Source of the DNA: Lytechinus pictus
Taxonomy: Eukaryota
Assembly: GCF_037042905.1 (NCBI RefSeq)
Contig: NC_087252.1
Coordinates: forward strand, 6,698,001-6,762,000
Direction of reading: 5' to 3'
Length of the DNA: 64,000 bases
Shown here: positions 13,903 through 27,911 of the stretch, piece after piece
Layout: the number at the start of each line of letters is the position of its first letter
Position numbering within the stretch: the stretch's first letter is position 1
Notes under the pieces: generated by a model
What the model saw: the letters and a program-made list of their open reading frames with translations, nothing else
The model's database searches: none
Told to the model about the DNA's origin: nothing
Made by a program: the position numbers and the translations under genes

Positions 13903-14979
13903 ATACTCAGAGCGACAGAATTTGATGATAACAAAGCAAGGTCTTGTAAATATATATGTAAAGTGTTAGCTAGTGTATTTACACTCTTGTTAAACCTAAA
14001 AAAGACAAGGACTACATAACGTATTACATCTTTCAACCAAATGATTAGAAAAGAATAGAGTCAAGGCAACAGAATAATAAATCCAATGTGTCGTGGAAAC
14101 CAGTTAACTTGAATTAAATAGAGCTGAAAATCTGTCATTAAATATCAATATATATGATCAGATATCTGACCGGTTTTTTTACGTATTGAGTACATGTATG
14201 AAGACAAATACACAGTGACTGAATTGAACTTACCAATCTTATCATTTTCTTTCTCTTTTTGATACGTACCTCAGTAAAAATTGGTACCTGAATGTTGGAA
14301 TCGAACGCCTGTGTATTACTGGCCTGTTTGTTAAGGTTAGGTTCGTTTGGTTCTGTGAGTGGTATTATATTGTGAACTATATAAAAGTGTTTTAGGGTGG
14401 GTATTCGGTATGAGATTTCTAAGAGGGTTTGAGGGGTGAGGGTGTGTGCGTATGCGTGTGGGTGTATGTGTGGGTGAGTGAGTGCGATGTTGCACTCGCT
14501 TGTCTTTAATAAAAACTTGGAGAAAGAGAGTTAGGTGAGTATGGGTGTATGCGAGCAGGTAAATGTGAGGCTGTGTGTCAGGGGTGTGGGTGTGAGATGT
14601 GCGAGTGTGAGTGTAAGGTGTGCGTGTGCGATTCTTTTTAGTTGAGGGTGTTCAGGTGGGAGGGTATTGAAATGCCAGGGTGGGTGTGTATGATTGGGTG
14701 GGCATATGAGAGTGCATGAACTGTGTGAGAATGTGTGAGAGAGAGGGTGCGAGGTAGTTCGTAAGATTATCTGAGTGGACGTGTGTGTGCGTTTGCGTAT
14801 TGTGCATGTGGAATGGAGTCGATGATGTGCCTATGCAAAATATTGGGTTCGGGTTAATGAACATTTGTATACAGTATATAGGTTGGGGCATTTCATTCAT
14901 ATAAAATGTTAGTGTTGGTGTTGCCTTGGAGTATGTCTTTGTATGTATGATCAACAAAATCTTTTTTCTTTCCACTTAC

Positions 14980-15010
14980 CTTTTATTATTCCTCTTTGAC
15001 TGATCAAACT
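14980..15010 (-). pseudogene. Paralog A 31-bp microexon: (E)FDQSKRNNK(R)
   Basis: tag / gtaagt boundaries; phase 1-2 links the TM and juxtamembrane exons; conserved at 50640-50670. Confidence 0.8.
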
Positions 15011-15849
15011 CTAGTGAAAAGACATTATAAAAGACGTGTTTCCATTAGAGTGATAGGGAAATGAAATGAAGCCTATGTAAACTGAGAGGGGAAATAAATT
15101 CACGATGGCAATCGTGGTCAAGTTCTTCAAAATGAACATACCTTCGCTCTTGACTTTCAGTTTTATCTTTCGATGATAAAAGCAATAACGATTTGACGAC
15201 TTATGCTTAATTACGGAAAAGTGCTTTTAACACGATTTTGGTATGAAGGGGAAATATGGTGTGATCTAGTACCAAAACTAGCTCAGATAAAAGATATAAC
15301 ACGAAAAAGGTATCAAAGGAAAGCAGTCATATTTTTGCTCATGCATGCCTCGTCTTTTATTATCTTCTCTGTCATTCTGTATTAATTTTTGTTAATGGAC
15401 GTAAGTGCATAACGTCATACTATGGCGGGGACGAAAAAAGTAGATCACCTTCTGAACAATAGGTCCACCGCTTGGATTTATAGGCTATTTGTGTTGCAAT
15501 AAAAAGAACTCATTGTTCTCACAAAGATTTATAGGGCATACACTATGTAAAATATGTTCAAATATGCAATTCATAATAACGGTGCAAATTAATATTTAAT
15601 TGTGTATTCGAATTTACTCCCACTGTGACTTTGTTATGTACCCTCAGGCCTTGACTGTGCAACGTTTTTGAGCTCATCCAATCAAGAAAATTTGTAAAAA
15701 TAATATTCTTTGAAATGTCACTTGGCAACTTTTACTTCTTCTACGTAGTCAGGAAACACATATGTAAAAATATCCATAATTACATTACTTCATCTTCTTT
15801 TGCATTCTCATTTTAGCTATTTAAATAAGAACTGATGAATAACAATCAC

Positions 15850-15984
15850 CCGGTTTAGTCCTCCTAAGAAGAATGAACTAAACAATGATGATGATGATGG
15901 AAGCTACTAGAAGGATGACCAAGACAGCAATCCCTATGTAGGCTCCAAAACTCAGACCAGACGGTGAGGATTCGATCGTGGTGC
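15850..15984 (-). pseudogene. Paralog A transmembrane exon: TTIESSPSGLSFGAYIGIAVLVILLVASIIIIIV*FILLRRTKP
   Basis: Hydrophobic helix followed by basic residues; TAG at 15878-15880 (CAG in paralog B). Confidence 0.88.
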
Positions 15985-16984
15985 CTAGGTATTAAATTTT
16001 ATGTATTATTATTATTATTATTATTATTCGGCAATTCACACAAAATATAACAATGTAAATATGAGTACACAAACAATTATAAATGCAAAATCTTACTGGC
16101 GGTCCTCTGAATGCATCAGTTGGCTGCCGGGGAAGAGGAAAGCAAACTTAATCACTGTAACCGTAATGGTCCCTCTTCCCGACCAACTGGTGCACATAGA
16201 AGACCTGTAAGATATAGCATGAAGGTAAATAAAATGTAAAATGTAAAACATTTCATAAACTAAACAACTAACAAAAACAAAGTACAAGGAGAACATAAAA
16301 CTAATATGTATGATGACACTAGGTCATGACACGATACTGAGCTTAAACATGAGGAATTAATTCTGGCTTAAAAACTATTGCATGAAATGTAAAGTAAGCA
16401 AACTGAAACGATGAAGTTTAAAACTGAGAAAAAAAGAAGAAAAGAAAAAAAAATATGAGAACATGTAGTAGCAAGCTGACAAGAATGTCTAAAATTATAT
16501 ATGTTGACCGGTATATAGAAGTTAAGAAAACATGGTAAAAGAAGTGAATAGGTACATAGGCTTAGTGGGCTTCAGGCGATTAAGGAAACTAGGAAAACAC
16601 ATTAAAGAACGAGTACTTCATATATTAAATTGTATACACAATTATAATAAAGAAGCTGCGATGGAACTGTCCAGAAGATGTTTAAATAAAGGCAGGAAAA
16701 AGAGGGGAAAAAGCAAAAGAAAAAAGTCTCCAGAGACATAAAAGCAGTATAATCAAAATTATAGTTTCGGCTCAAGAATGTCAAAAAAAAAGGAGACGAA
16801 TGAATGATTCCAAATCATGCCGTAATTATTAAATTAACCTATCGTAAATTAAACAAAGACTTCACAAGATAAAGTTAATATATGTTAATAAAGTTAATAA
16901 ATTTATTTTTGTTACCATGGTTTACGCAGTGAGCAGTGTGCGGAAAAAAACATTACACACTAATATTGATGCAACACATCTTAA

Positions 16985-17526
16985 AGGTCAAGTCCACCCC
17001 ATAAAATTATTGATTTGAATCGATAAAAATAAATCCAACAAACATAATGCTGCAAATTTCAACGAAATCGGATGTATAATAAGAAAGTTATGACATTTTA
17101 AAATTTCGCTCATTTTTCACAAAACAGTTGTCTGAATGCCCAACTCAGCGATATGCAAATATTTCAATTTTTACAGATTTGACAATTAGGATCAACTTGA
17201 CTCAACCATAAATGTTAAAATAATGGTAGCTCCATATGTTCAGGGAGGAATTAATCGTTGTTTCACATAACAATGAGGAGAACATTATCATTTTTCACAC
17301 TTGATATAGTGTAATACAAAAGAAATAGTGAGTGGGTGACGTCATCAGTCTGCCAATTTGCATACCAACCAGGATGTGAATATAAGTGTTTTGTGAAATT
17401 AAGCGAAACTTTAAAAGTCATAACTTTCCTATTTTACATCCGATGTTGATGAAATTTTCAGCGTTTTGCTTGTTGGATTTTTCTCTTTTTATTCAAATTA
17501 ACTTTTTGTTGGGATGGACTTGTCCT
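16985..17526. mobile_element. TTAA-flanked MITE; right-half copy at about 26000-26331
   Basis: ttaa-aggtcaagtccacccc ... ggatggacttgtcct-ttaa. Confidence 0.8.
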
Positions 17527-17624
17527 TTAAATGAAATGGTCGTTTGACACATTCCTCGCTCTTCTTTAATCACAGATCAACTATTGTTTTTCAAAGCCTT
17601 ACTTTAAAATTGGCACCAACTTAC

Positions 17625-17669
17625 CTCCTTCAACACATTGTTTACAGGATCGCGTTTCAATGCTCACTC
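17625..17669 (-). pseudogene. Probable paralog A stalk exon: (G)VSIETRSCKQCVEG
   Basis: ggcag acceptor, perfect gtaagt donor, phase 1-1, open frame; no paralog counterpart available to confirm it. Confidence 0.5.
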
Positions 17670-18384
17670 CTGCCACATGCAAACATATAACGATTCAATA
17701 AGTACAGGATGTATATAATTTTGATGTACAATGCATATAATATTGATTGTGCCGATTTGCTTGTCTTGTGACAGAAAGCTTTAAAAAACATTAAAAATAC
17801 ATACTAGTCTACACCCACATTGTGGCTCCATCCCACATTATGCACATGGTATATGCCTAGTCTAGTAAACACTTAGCCTAACTATCATTTTAACATCAAT
17901 TTCTGGTTAAGCTACACGCATTTCGCACAATATGGTCTTGGTCCAACACCACTAAGTCTGTATGATTAGATGAACTGCTTATGAATCTTCTTTTATTTGA
18001 AAACTTGCAAAATATTGCATACATGAAATGGGAATTAGTCCATCAGAGCATAAGAAGAAATTGATAATAGCCCTGTTGAATTCAGCCACGAGGTGACGAG
18101 GCTGTTCGCCGATCCGAGGCTATCTGCTAGGAGACCAATAACTAAATTTAGTTAAGGTACATGGTTGTGGTTGGAGTTTGATACGACGAACTTCCTGAAG
18201 TCGGATTTCTGTTAAAGCAGCAGTGATAGTAAGGTAATTTCAAACGTCATTTCAGTAGATAACTGACACTATACACAACCAACATTTATATTCATGTATA
18301 GAGGATTCGCTTAATAATAGAAATTATCAAAGCAGAAATTGTTCTTTGAAAAAATGAGGCTGTGTTAATGCTGAGTCTGAATAA

Positions 18385-21300
18385 TAGACAGGTCCAGATT
18401 TGAGAAAAGTAGACTGCCTTAGGCAAATCGTGTTAATGCTGAATTGAGAATTGTTTTAACATAATTTGAGGGCGCTGAGTCCAAATTTGCTGTTTGCCAA
18501 CCTTGATTTTGATGTTAAAATCCTCAAATTGGCAAAAACAATATGGCCGCCATTCTACACCCATTTTTACTCTATTCTGACCCCCAAAACTTGTAACAAA
18601 AATGTTTGTCAACGGTTTTTGGTACTATTTGATCTTAGAAATAACATACTAAAAATCCATCAAAATCCGTATCCGGGAAAGTGGTTATTTTTAAGATGGC
18701 GTCTAAGATGGCAGCCATTAACTGAAAATTAATATAACCGGCACTTTTCTACCCTAGACACCTTTTTCGGTGCATACATGTATTCAATGGTGGAGAGCAT
18801 AAAAGGAAAGAGTGAACATAAGCACTCCAGGGTACCTGAAAGTCCAAGATTGCGCAAAAATGGCTGCCATGGCCTAAAAATTCATAATTCATCTATTACG
18901 TATTTTATTTGGGTTTTATTCATTGGTGATGATTTCAAGGGTCAAGAAGTAAACCGGAACAAGTTACAAGGACAGTCAACGGTCCACTATGTCCAAAAAT
19001 CCAAGATGGCTTTCAAAATTGGTGTCTAAAATAGCTGTTGTTATCTAAAAACCCCCAAACCCGACATAGTTTGTTTAATATTTGCCTTGAGGATATGATG
19101 TTGGTGTCTAACCCATGGTTTAATGGGTCAAGAAATACGTTGGGACAAGTAACAAAGACAGTCTATGGTCCTCCATGTCCAAAAATCCAAGATGGCTGCA
19201 AAAATGGAGTATAAAATGTCTGTCGTTAATAACAAACCGACACAGTTTGTTTAATAACCGCCAGGAGAATATGATTTTTTAGTATAACGCATGGTTTAAA
19301 GGGTCAAGTATTAGATTGAGACAAGTTACAAGGACAGTAAGTGGTTCCAGTATGTCCAAAAATCCATGATGGCTTCCAAAATTGGAGTCTAAAATGGCTA
19401 TTGTGACCTAAAAACTGACATAGTTTGTTTAATATCCGCCTGGGGTACATGATTATGTTGTCTAACCCTTGGTTTAAATGGTCAAGTAATAAATTAGGAC
19501 AAGTTACAAGGACAGTCAGAGGTCCAGCATGTCCAAGAATAAAAAAAGACTTCCAAAATTGGAGTCTAAAATGGCTATTGTTACCTAAAAACTGACATAG
19601 TTTGTTTAATATCCGCCTGGGGTACATGATTATGTTGTCTAACCCTTGGTTTAAATGGTCAAGTAATACATTAGGATAAGTTACAAGGGCAATCAATGGT
19701 CCTGTATGTCTAAAAATCCAAGATGGATTCCAATTAAGGACTCTAAAATGGTTGCTGGTACTTAAAAATTGACATAATCTATATAGAATCCATCTGGGAT
19801 ATATGATGTTGGTGTCTACACTACGGTTTCAAGGGTTAAATAATACTTTTGGATTAGTTACGATGGTATGAAGCTGTCCATTTTGCCTATTATTCAAAGA
19901 TGGCTTTCAAAGTGAGTCTAAAAAGACTTCCATCGCCTAAACATAGTCATAATTAGGTGAACAAAATCTACAATATTGTGGTTTGAAGGCTAAAATAATA
20001 AATCGGGACAAATAAAAAGGATGGTCAGTTTCCTCTTCGTCGTAAAAAGTCCAATGCGACTTCTGAAATTGCGTAAAAAATGACTACTGTCCCCTAATCA
20101 TAAAACCATAGGATCGTCCTAAGCACAAAAATGACGTGTCTTGAAATACTTATCAGTGAATTATGGAAAATTTGTAGGTGAAAGTGTACCTTACTTTTTT
20201 AAAGTTAGTTTTTTATGTTTACCTATTGTCGCACCACCGTCTAATTGTGTCACTAATTCTTGTAAAACAGAGACGCCAAAATAGTGGCACTAGATGGGAT
20301 ACGAAGTATTGTCATTTTTGTAACAATGGTGGCCAACTTGAATGCAATTTTTGGAGCGTTCTTCATTTTTTTACAAGATGGACAACATTGTATCCCTGTA
20401 ATTCGTCTTCACCTATATCATTCGACCCTTGAAATCATGAGAAAGACACAAAAATGTTTCTAGGTAGATAGTATATGGACTTTGCAGCCAGATTTTTAAG
20501 AAATAGCAACTATTTTTTAAGCCATCATCATTTTTTTGCAAAACTGCACCACTGATAAACCTTGAAATTTTTCCAATGTAATTTTTCTCTTTGGAACCAT
20601 GATTTTATATATGTTTTATTTTATTCTCGGTAAACCCCAACGTTATTTCTACCAGGTGGATATTCTATGAATTTGGACCATTTCAAAGTTGCAACGTCCA
20701 TTATAGACGCCATTTTGGATGGTCATCTTGGATTCTCTGACACACTCACTGACCATCTTGTAAAAAACATGTCCTGTTTCATTATTTACCTTGAAAGTTT
20801 TTGATGATTTTGATTTTGATTTTGAGGATTTACTTTATTTTTTTAGTTGACGGTACAACGACTGCCGTTGTGGACGCAATGTTGGATTTGCAGGTAACCT
20901 TGGCGACCTTTTGTAACTATAACCTGTGTCAATAGACTTTGTTTAATCCTGACATGCCTAAGTTTCATGAAATAGACCTCTGTACCCTAAAAGTTATGAC
21001 ATTTCAAAAACTTAACTTCGGTTAAGATTTCATGTCGACTTCGCCACCGCCGTCGGAAAAGCGACGTCCATGTTTTGCTTCTGCTATGCAGGCGAGGGAA
21101 AAATGGCGGACACGTTAAAGATACCACAATATGAATATGCCAGCATCGCCTCAAAATTATCAAACATTTGGCCATATTATTTATCAAATCAGCAGCTGTG
21201 AATCATGGCAGCCATCTTGGAATTAAAGATGGCTGACGAATCAGTCGGACACATTATGTTTGCAACCCTGGGTATCAAAAATAACGCATAGATCCCAATT

Positions 21301-21531
21301 TCTGAAATATAATCACCCATAAAAATCGTTTAATATGGGAAACTGCATTAAAAATGCCGCCATTTTGTTTTTTGCCGATTTGAGGATGAAAACGTCGGAA
21401 TCAAGTTTGGCAAACAGCATTTTTGGATCCAGCACCCCTGAATTACCTTAAAACAATTGATAAATCAGCATTAACACAAAATGCCTAAAGCACTTTTTCT
21501 GAGCATATTTTTTCAATTCTGGACCTGACTA
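18385..21531. mobile_element. Academ-like non-autonomous DNA transposon with internal 178-bp tandem array
   Basis: TAG...CTA termini, about 170-bp imperfect TIRs, 3-bp TAA target duplication; repeat period 178 bp (19321 vs 19499). Confidence 0.75.
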
Positions 21532-22469
21532 TAAACAATAAACGAACTTTGGAATCTCCTCGGATTTGAAACATGAGAAAAAGCAAATACCTTACAGGGA
21601 TCAATGCACATTGAAACATTTATGTTTCTGAAATTCAATATCACCAAATTCGTACACATTTAACCATGTATTTCTATACGTTGAAAAGTCTTTGAGTAAA
21701 TCGTGAATGCTTTAAAAATTGAAAAATCCGCTTAAGATATTTCAATTAACTTAAAGAGGTTACTTCATAAATGCATTTATCAAAGTGATATCTTCACATA
21801 AAAGCTCTTGTTATTTCGCTTTCGATGTAGTTACATTTCCCCCCGTTTTAAGTGTATAAGTAGGTTGACTGTCTTTTCATTTAGTATTACATTTTAGAGA
21901 AAAATTATCTTGTTTCCAGAAGTGATTTTCTGATTCTGTATTAACATGGCTAAAAAGAAAAGTTATGTTCCCTCGCAACAATGCTTGTATTTCCATAATT
22001 TCATTGAAAAAACGTGTTTCCATCGGTTTCCAACAGAAGCTATCGCACGGTTAACAAAATATTTAATGCATGGCTGATCGTAAGCAAAACAGAGTGTCGA
22101 GAGAGTCTGAACGCTAGCCTTTAAAACCTCTTCATTTTATGAAATTAATGAAATTCAAGCCTTATTTCAAGTTACCAGAAATTTCCTTTTTTACCATTTT
22201 CTGTAATTGAATTATCAAATTAAAGAGCAGATGTTGAACTTTTTGAAAATGTGGTTGTCTTTTTGAAACCCAGATACGCCCGTCAAATGACTTTTTGGTA
22301 CCCCTTCTTCAAACTGTGTTTGCTCACGCATGCGTGAATGAAAGAGTGGATTCTAAGCTTTACAATGATAGGTCATTTGTCTGCTGTCTTTGTAATAAAG
22401 TTTTGATAAATCATCGATAAATGTGGATATCTTTTTTTTGTGGAACGCACTGTATATACCCCCTCTCTC

Positions 22470-22524
<55 letters not shown>

Positions 22525-23006
22525 ACTTATCTCCTAACATTTCATCATTAAAAACTCAGGCCTCATTTACAAACCTAATACATTAATCATTTTGGAATAT
22601 GAAATCTTAAGTAATTTCTAATAACAACCGAGGGACATAATACTCACGATTGAATAAGTATATATAAATAAAACAACTCATTTTATATAATAAAACAAAA
22701 TTTATTTGATGTTCGCAAATTTTCGACGATTACATATCGTCTATATCAAGTGAAAGAGACAAAGACTGTAAGTAACTTTTCTTGGAATAAAGCACGCAAG
22801 TGTAAACCTTCTTTTTATCAACATTGGTCCACCACGTGGACTTTCTACGGAATATAAAAAAGGGCTCCAAAAGAAACCTATCAAATATTACAAGGACACC
22901 ACGCAAATTTCACTATCACTCTCTAAAAAAATAGTTTTACGCAGGCCCGTTTCAGTTTTCTTTACTATATAAAAAAAAAAGAGATAGTTCAATCACAAAG
23001 ATTCTA

Positions 23007-23981
23007 CAGTGCGTATAAAAAAGTTTACACTTATAAAAAATCCTGTAAAATTATATATTTGTAATATCCTGACGATTTTTCCACATTTTAGCATTGGTAC
23101 AGATCCATTTAAGCAAATGACGATATAACTGTCGAAAAATATTTCCGCTTGTGTGAGCACCACTTACTTTTGAAAAGTTGGTGAAAAATGAATTGCGCAG
23201 AACTTTGAAATAGTTATGCGAATAAAAGTAGACCTTAATCATGAAGAACACTTGGAATTTAGTTAGTAAAATTGATTTGAAGATATCTTTTACCTTTTTA
23301 AACTTGTTTCCTTGCCCAAAACACTTCGAGGAGTGCATTGCGCCCCACCCCACTCCCCCACAGACTGAGGCCATCGTGACGATATTTGCTTTACACTGAC
23401 CTGTATCAACATGAAATGGCTTAGGCTTGATTTTCATTTTGTTAATCATTGTCAAGCTTGGGAAAAGTGTGGAGAAACAAGTATTGAATAAAAAATGAAA
23501 TGTAAACCCACTTTAAATGATAAAAACTTAGTGAAAAATGCTGGACATGTCTGTTATAAACTTTTGTTCATTATGTCCTCAGATCAAGCTGGCACAAAAA
23601 GAGTAAGGGTTGTGCTTACTAAGTGTTGAAATTTCGATTTGGGCAGAAAAATTGTTACCAAATGCTTGAATGTATCCGTTGTATTTCAATTGGCTAAAAG
23701 TGCTAGGGAAATTTATGAGAAATGCTTCGCAGGGTAAGTTTGATTTCGCCCTTTCCCCTTGAAACAGCTTGAAAACAAGCATTTCTGCGCAAACAGATTT
23801 CTGCGAGTTTTACAAAAATGGACAGTGCTCACTGAAGTGTAACATTCTGTCAAAACATTTACTTTCATTGGATAGATGAGACCCAAACCCAAGATTATAT
23901 GTGAAAAAATTACCCACATGTTATATATTTTTTAATTTCCAGGGCTTTTTCAAAGTGTAAACTTTTTTTTTATACGCACTG
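23007..23981. mobile_element. Tc1/mariner-type MITE
   Basis: ta-cagtgcgtataaaaaaagtttacactt ... aagtgtaaacttttttttttatacgcactg-ta. Confidence 0.85.
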
Positions 23982-24226
23982 TATAGCCCCTAAAATCAAT
24001 TAGTTTGATAAACCAAAGTCACAAAATGGTAAAAGAAAGACCTTCCCGGTTATGATATCACAAGTGTCCTTTACAGTGATTTTCTTGATCACAAAGAAAC
24101 AAAAGTAAATCAAAATAAAAAGAATGATTGGAAGTTCTGGAACAATCTTACAGCCACTTACAAATCAGCGGGGAATGTCCCAGTGAGTGGGATATAATGT
24201 GAACACCGTGTTCTATGTGTGACTGA

Positions 24227-24408
24227 CCGCCCTTTCACACGGTTAAAACAAATTGTAATTTGAATGATGATTCTAGTGGAAAAATAAGACTAATGACGAT
24301 TGTCTATCACGTGTGAAACCAAACTAGAACGTGATTAGAATCACGAACGCTAATCACAGTCACGATTACAATAGCAACCATCATTAAGTTTCTCGTGTGA
24401 AATGCCCT
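24227..24408. mobile_element. Short MITE-like repeat; related copies at about 52440-52590 (inverted) and 52622-52780
   Basis: Shared ccgccctttcacacgg...aatgatgatt..agtg..aaataag...cacgtgtgaaaccaaactagaac. Confidence 0.7.
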
Positions 24409-24728
24409 GAGTGAGATACAGGCACTCACTGAGTTCAGACTATCCCCCGTTTACCAGGACATCCGGGAGGGGGGGGGGGTGCGTATGGCTGTTTAACTGT
24501 CTCAGTCATTTAAATTTTGATGAACATTTCCTGTAGCTTGTTTGTGATTGAGCGGATCTCTAAACATGTCCGTCTTGACATGTGTAATAAACTGGGAAGT
24601 TTGGACGCCTTCTTTGAAAAGGTTGTTTCAGTTTAAAAAAGTAATATTTATAATAAAGTAAAGTAAGGGTTACGTACTAGCAAATAGGAAATGGTCTTCA
24701 AAGATTGTATACATGCATCCTTCCTTAC

Positions 24729-25052
24729 CTTTCACAGCCACTACTGTGGCAGGAGGTGTGGATGATGCTGTTGTAGTAGTACATTGATACCGTCCTTCCT
24801 CTTCAAGTTGAATAGCATTGATTCCTAAAATTGACGTATGAATATCAGTACCTCTTCGTAGCACTATGTTACTGTATCTTGCTTAAGGTGCACTGTCTAT
24901 ATCCCCAAAGTATAACAGCTGGGATGAAACATCATCTGATGTGAAAGTCCATTGAAATGTCGGGGTGCTCTCTGAAGAAGTACAGGTCAATGATACATTA
25001 TCTCCAATTCGAACAACAATTGATGGAGGTGGGATCACTTGACCATCTATGT
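24729..25052 (-). pseudogene. Paralog A V-type Ig domain exon: IDGQVIPPPSIVVRIGDNVSLTC...FQWTF...SAP*ARYS...EEEGRYQC...VVAVK
   Basis: B-strand LTC, C-strand W and F-strand GxYxC with 66 residues between the Cys; phase 1-1; in-frame TAA at 24883-24885. Confidence 0.88.
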
Positions 25053-27847
25053 CTGCAGAATTAGAAAATCATTCTTTGAACTTGTACACTATACTTAAAC
25101 CCATGTATTTCCCGATTTTCCCCATCATAATCATCTATTCTTTCTCCCTCTGTCCATCTCTGTCCCTCTTCCTTAAAAAAATTATTCCCTTACCAACGAC
25201 TGCAAACTTATAATATTCTCGCAACGGACTTTTACATGGAAATTTTCTTTATCAAAGACCTAACGTGACTTTGTTAGTATAGTAACACCCTCTAGAAAAA
25301 TGAATAGAAAAACATATATAAATTAAGTAAAATCAATCACTAATAAGATATTTCAAATTACATAAAACCAAAAGTAATAATATTGGTAATGACCAAAAAT
25401 AATGGTAATCATGACAAACAAATAAAGAATTAATTAACGCATACATTGAATGATTTATTTATCCGTTCATTAATACATCATACTGTATATATAAATATAC
25501 ATGAATAAAGGATTAAATGAATATGATATATACCAACAAATATCATCAAACACCTTACGTTTTGTCCAGCCAAAACCAAAAACCATCTTGTCCAAAATGA
25601 TTTTTCCACAATGTTTTTTCCACCCGTTTAAGTAATACCCCCAAAATAATAAATGAATAAATATATTAAAACAAAGATCAAGCAAAATATGGCTGTCAAT
25701 TTCATATTTCGAACATTTAAATCTCAATGTCTGTATGTTTAATAAAAAATAAATGAAGATTATCTCTTAGCATAGAAGATGAGAAGGGTCATAATTATGT
25801 TAAATACACTAAATGAAAAAAACAAACAAAAATACCGTAAACAAGCAGAAGGGCTGTATAAACTCGGAAAGCCGTGAAAGGTGCCATCACTATCAAATTA
25901 TATATGGGTTTCCAATGTCTTTGGACCTTTTCGCATCCCTTGTCGACGATTCGTGCTTGAAAAAAAAACATGCATAAGTATAATAAACAGAAAAGTGAAA
26001 ACAAAGATTAATTCCTCCCTGAAAATGTAGAATTAGCATTATGTTAATATTGTATGGTCAGTCAAGTTAGTCCTTATTGTGAAATCTGTAAAAAAATGAA
26101 ATATTGTATAATTCAAACAATAAAAAACAAAATAAATAGTGAGTGATGGACATCATCGACTGTCTCATTTGCATGTCACTGAGATGTGCAAATAACTGTT
26201 TTGTGAAAAAAGGCGAAACTTTAAAATGTCATAACTTTCTTATTTTACATCCAATTTTGATGAAATTTTTAGCGTTTTGCTCGTTGGATTTATTCAAATC
26301 ATCATTTTTCTGGGGTAGACTTGACCTTTAAGGAATTGCTAAAAAATATGCATTAGCGAACCTTTTGCTTGTGCGTTTAAATATTTTACTTTTTTCAAGC
26401 TCCATCAGAACAGCTTGACCGTTAACTTGATCGGGGCGCTTGCATTTTTTAATCATGTTTTTGTATTTGAGAACCCCGAGATGTAAGAAGCCGACATGTA
26501 TATTCATTCCCCGAGTAAGTGCAAACTGAATGCCAACTACAGATATATAAGTTAATTAATCAGGGGCGTACGCAGAAGAGGGGGGGGGGGGAACAGGGGC
26601 TCAAACCCTCCCCCATATTTTTTTTCTTTTTTTAAACTCATTTTACGTAGAGATTCAGAACCCCCTAACCATTTTTTTGGGGGGGTATGGAAGGACCACA
26701 TTTTCTTCTGAAAACCTTGTCACATTTTGTTGGTACGAAACGACCGCCAAATTTGGCTGAAACCCTTTTTTTTTGCTTGTCATATTTCTATTCATGTTTC
26801 AAAAATCCAGGGTATGCCCCTGTTATTAATTAGAAACAAGTTAAAAGAATAGTTTGAAATCACGTCGAGTTCTGCCTCTGTTCTGTGAGTCGTGTCCACA
26901 ACAGCTGCGTGACGTTGTTATTGGGGCAATTCCATAAAATTATCAACCTTTTTGTACATCCGACTCCCATTCTCTTTAAGTTTTACTTCACTTCATAAAC
27001 CGATCAATTCATGGTTCTTTAAGAACACTACAGACTTTCAAAAGAACAAGAAATCAGAGACAGAGTTCCCACATATGGAATTGCACATTGTTCAAATAGC
27101 TTCTTTCTGAAGCCTGAAGGCAAGAAAATTGTTTAAGTGCAAGCAAAGGCTTATGCATACGAAATAAAGCAATTGCTAAGACATGATCTTTTTCTTGTCT
27201 CGCAATTGCTTGTGTTTAAGGAAATTTCTACTTTTTATGCATCTGACCCAATGTTATTAAAACTACAAAAAATTGCCATAATTGATACGCAAATATAACA
27301 CAATTTTGAATGTCCAAAATTGATTATTACAGACCCTACTCCTCATTCGACGAACACGAACATCATGTCGTAATATTTAGACACTCAATAAATTTGTCAA
27401 AAAACTTTTTTTTATATCCATAATCACTTCTTTTACTGTGATAAAAATAATAAATTTTTAAGAAGCTTAAATAATGAAGGATATAATACATTTATTACTG
27501 CTTACTGATGAACGGGAAAGACTTGATATCCATATGCTTAAAAGGGAAATCTCGTATGAACCAACAATTATAAAGAAATCAGTACGCTGAATATTTTTTT
27601 TATAGAGTACCCTACTTCCTCCAGGAGTGAGGTGACAATTCATCGGAAATGTATTACTATTTAAATGCATATACGGTGAAATACAATACGAAATTCGGGT
27701 ATTCTCAATATCATTTGCTTATATAAGGAAACTGTTAAATTATGGCAATCGTCTTCCGAGAAACACGTGTTTCTTACTGTTCCTAAATTATCTTATGACG
27801 ATGTCTAGCATACGTACCTTAGTGCTGAACATGCTAAAACTCCTTAC

Positions 27848-27911
27848 CTGGTGATAGAGTAAATAGCAAAACCAGTAGTTGATAGAGAAAGATGGACGAT
27901 AAATTATCCAG
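27848..27911 (-). pseudogene. Paralog A signal-peptide exon: (CTG)DNLSSIFLYQLLVLLFTLSP
   Basis: Hydrophobic core; CAG/gtaagg donor in phase 1 joins the Ig exon; first codon is CTG with an in-frame TGA two codons upstream. Confidence 0.7.

Noticed and set aside
21596..21627. Candidate extra stalk exons of paralog A (NINVSMCIDP here; NPTSGSSSYQTPTTT at about 18160-18208)
   Set aside because: Their phases do not join the Ig and 17625-17669 exons without a stop or frameshift; they cannot be supported without cDNA.
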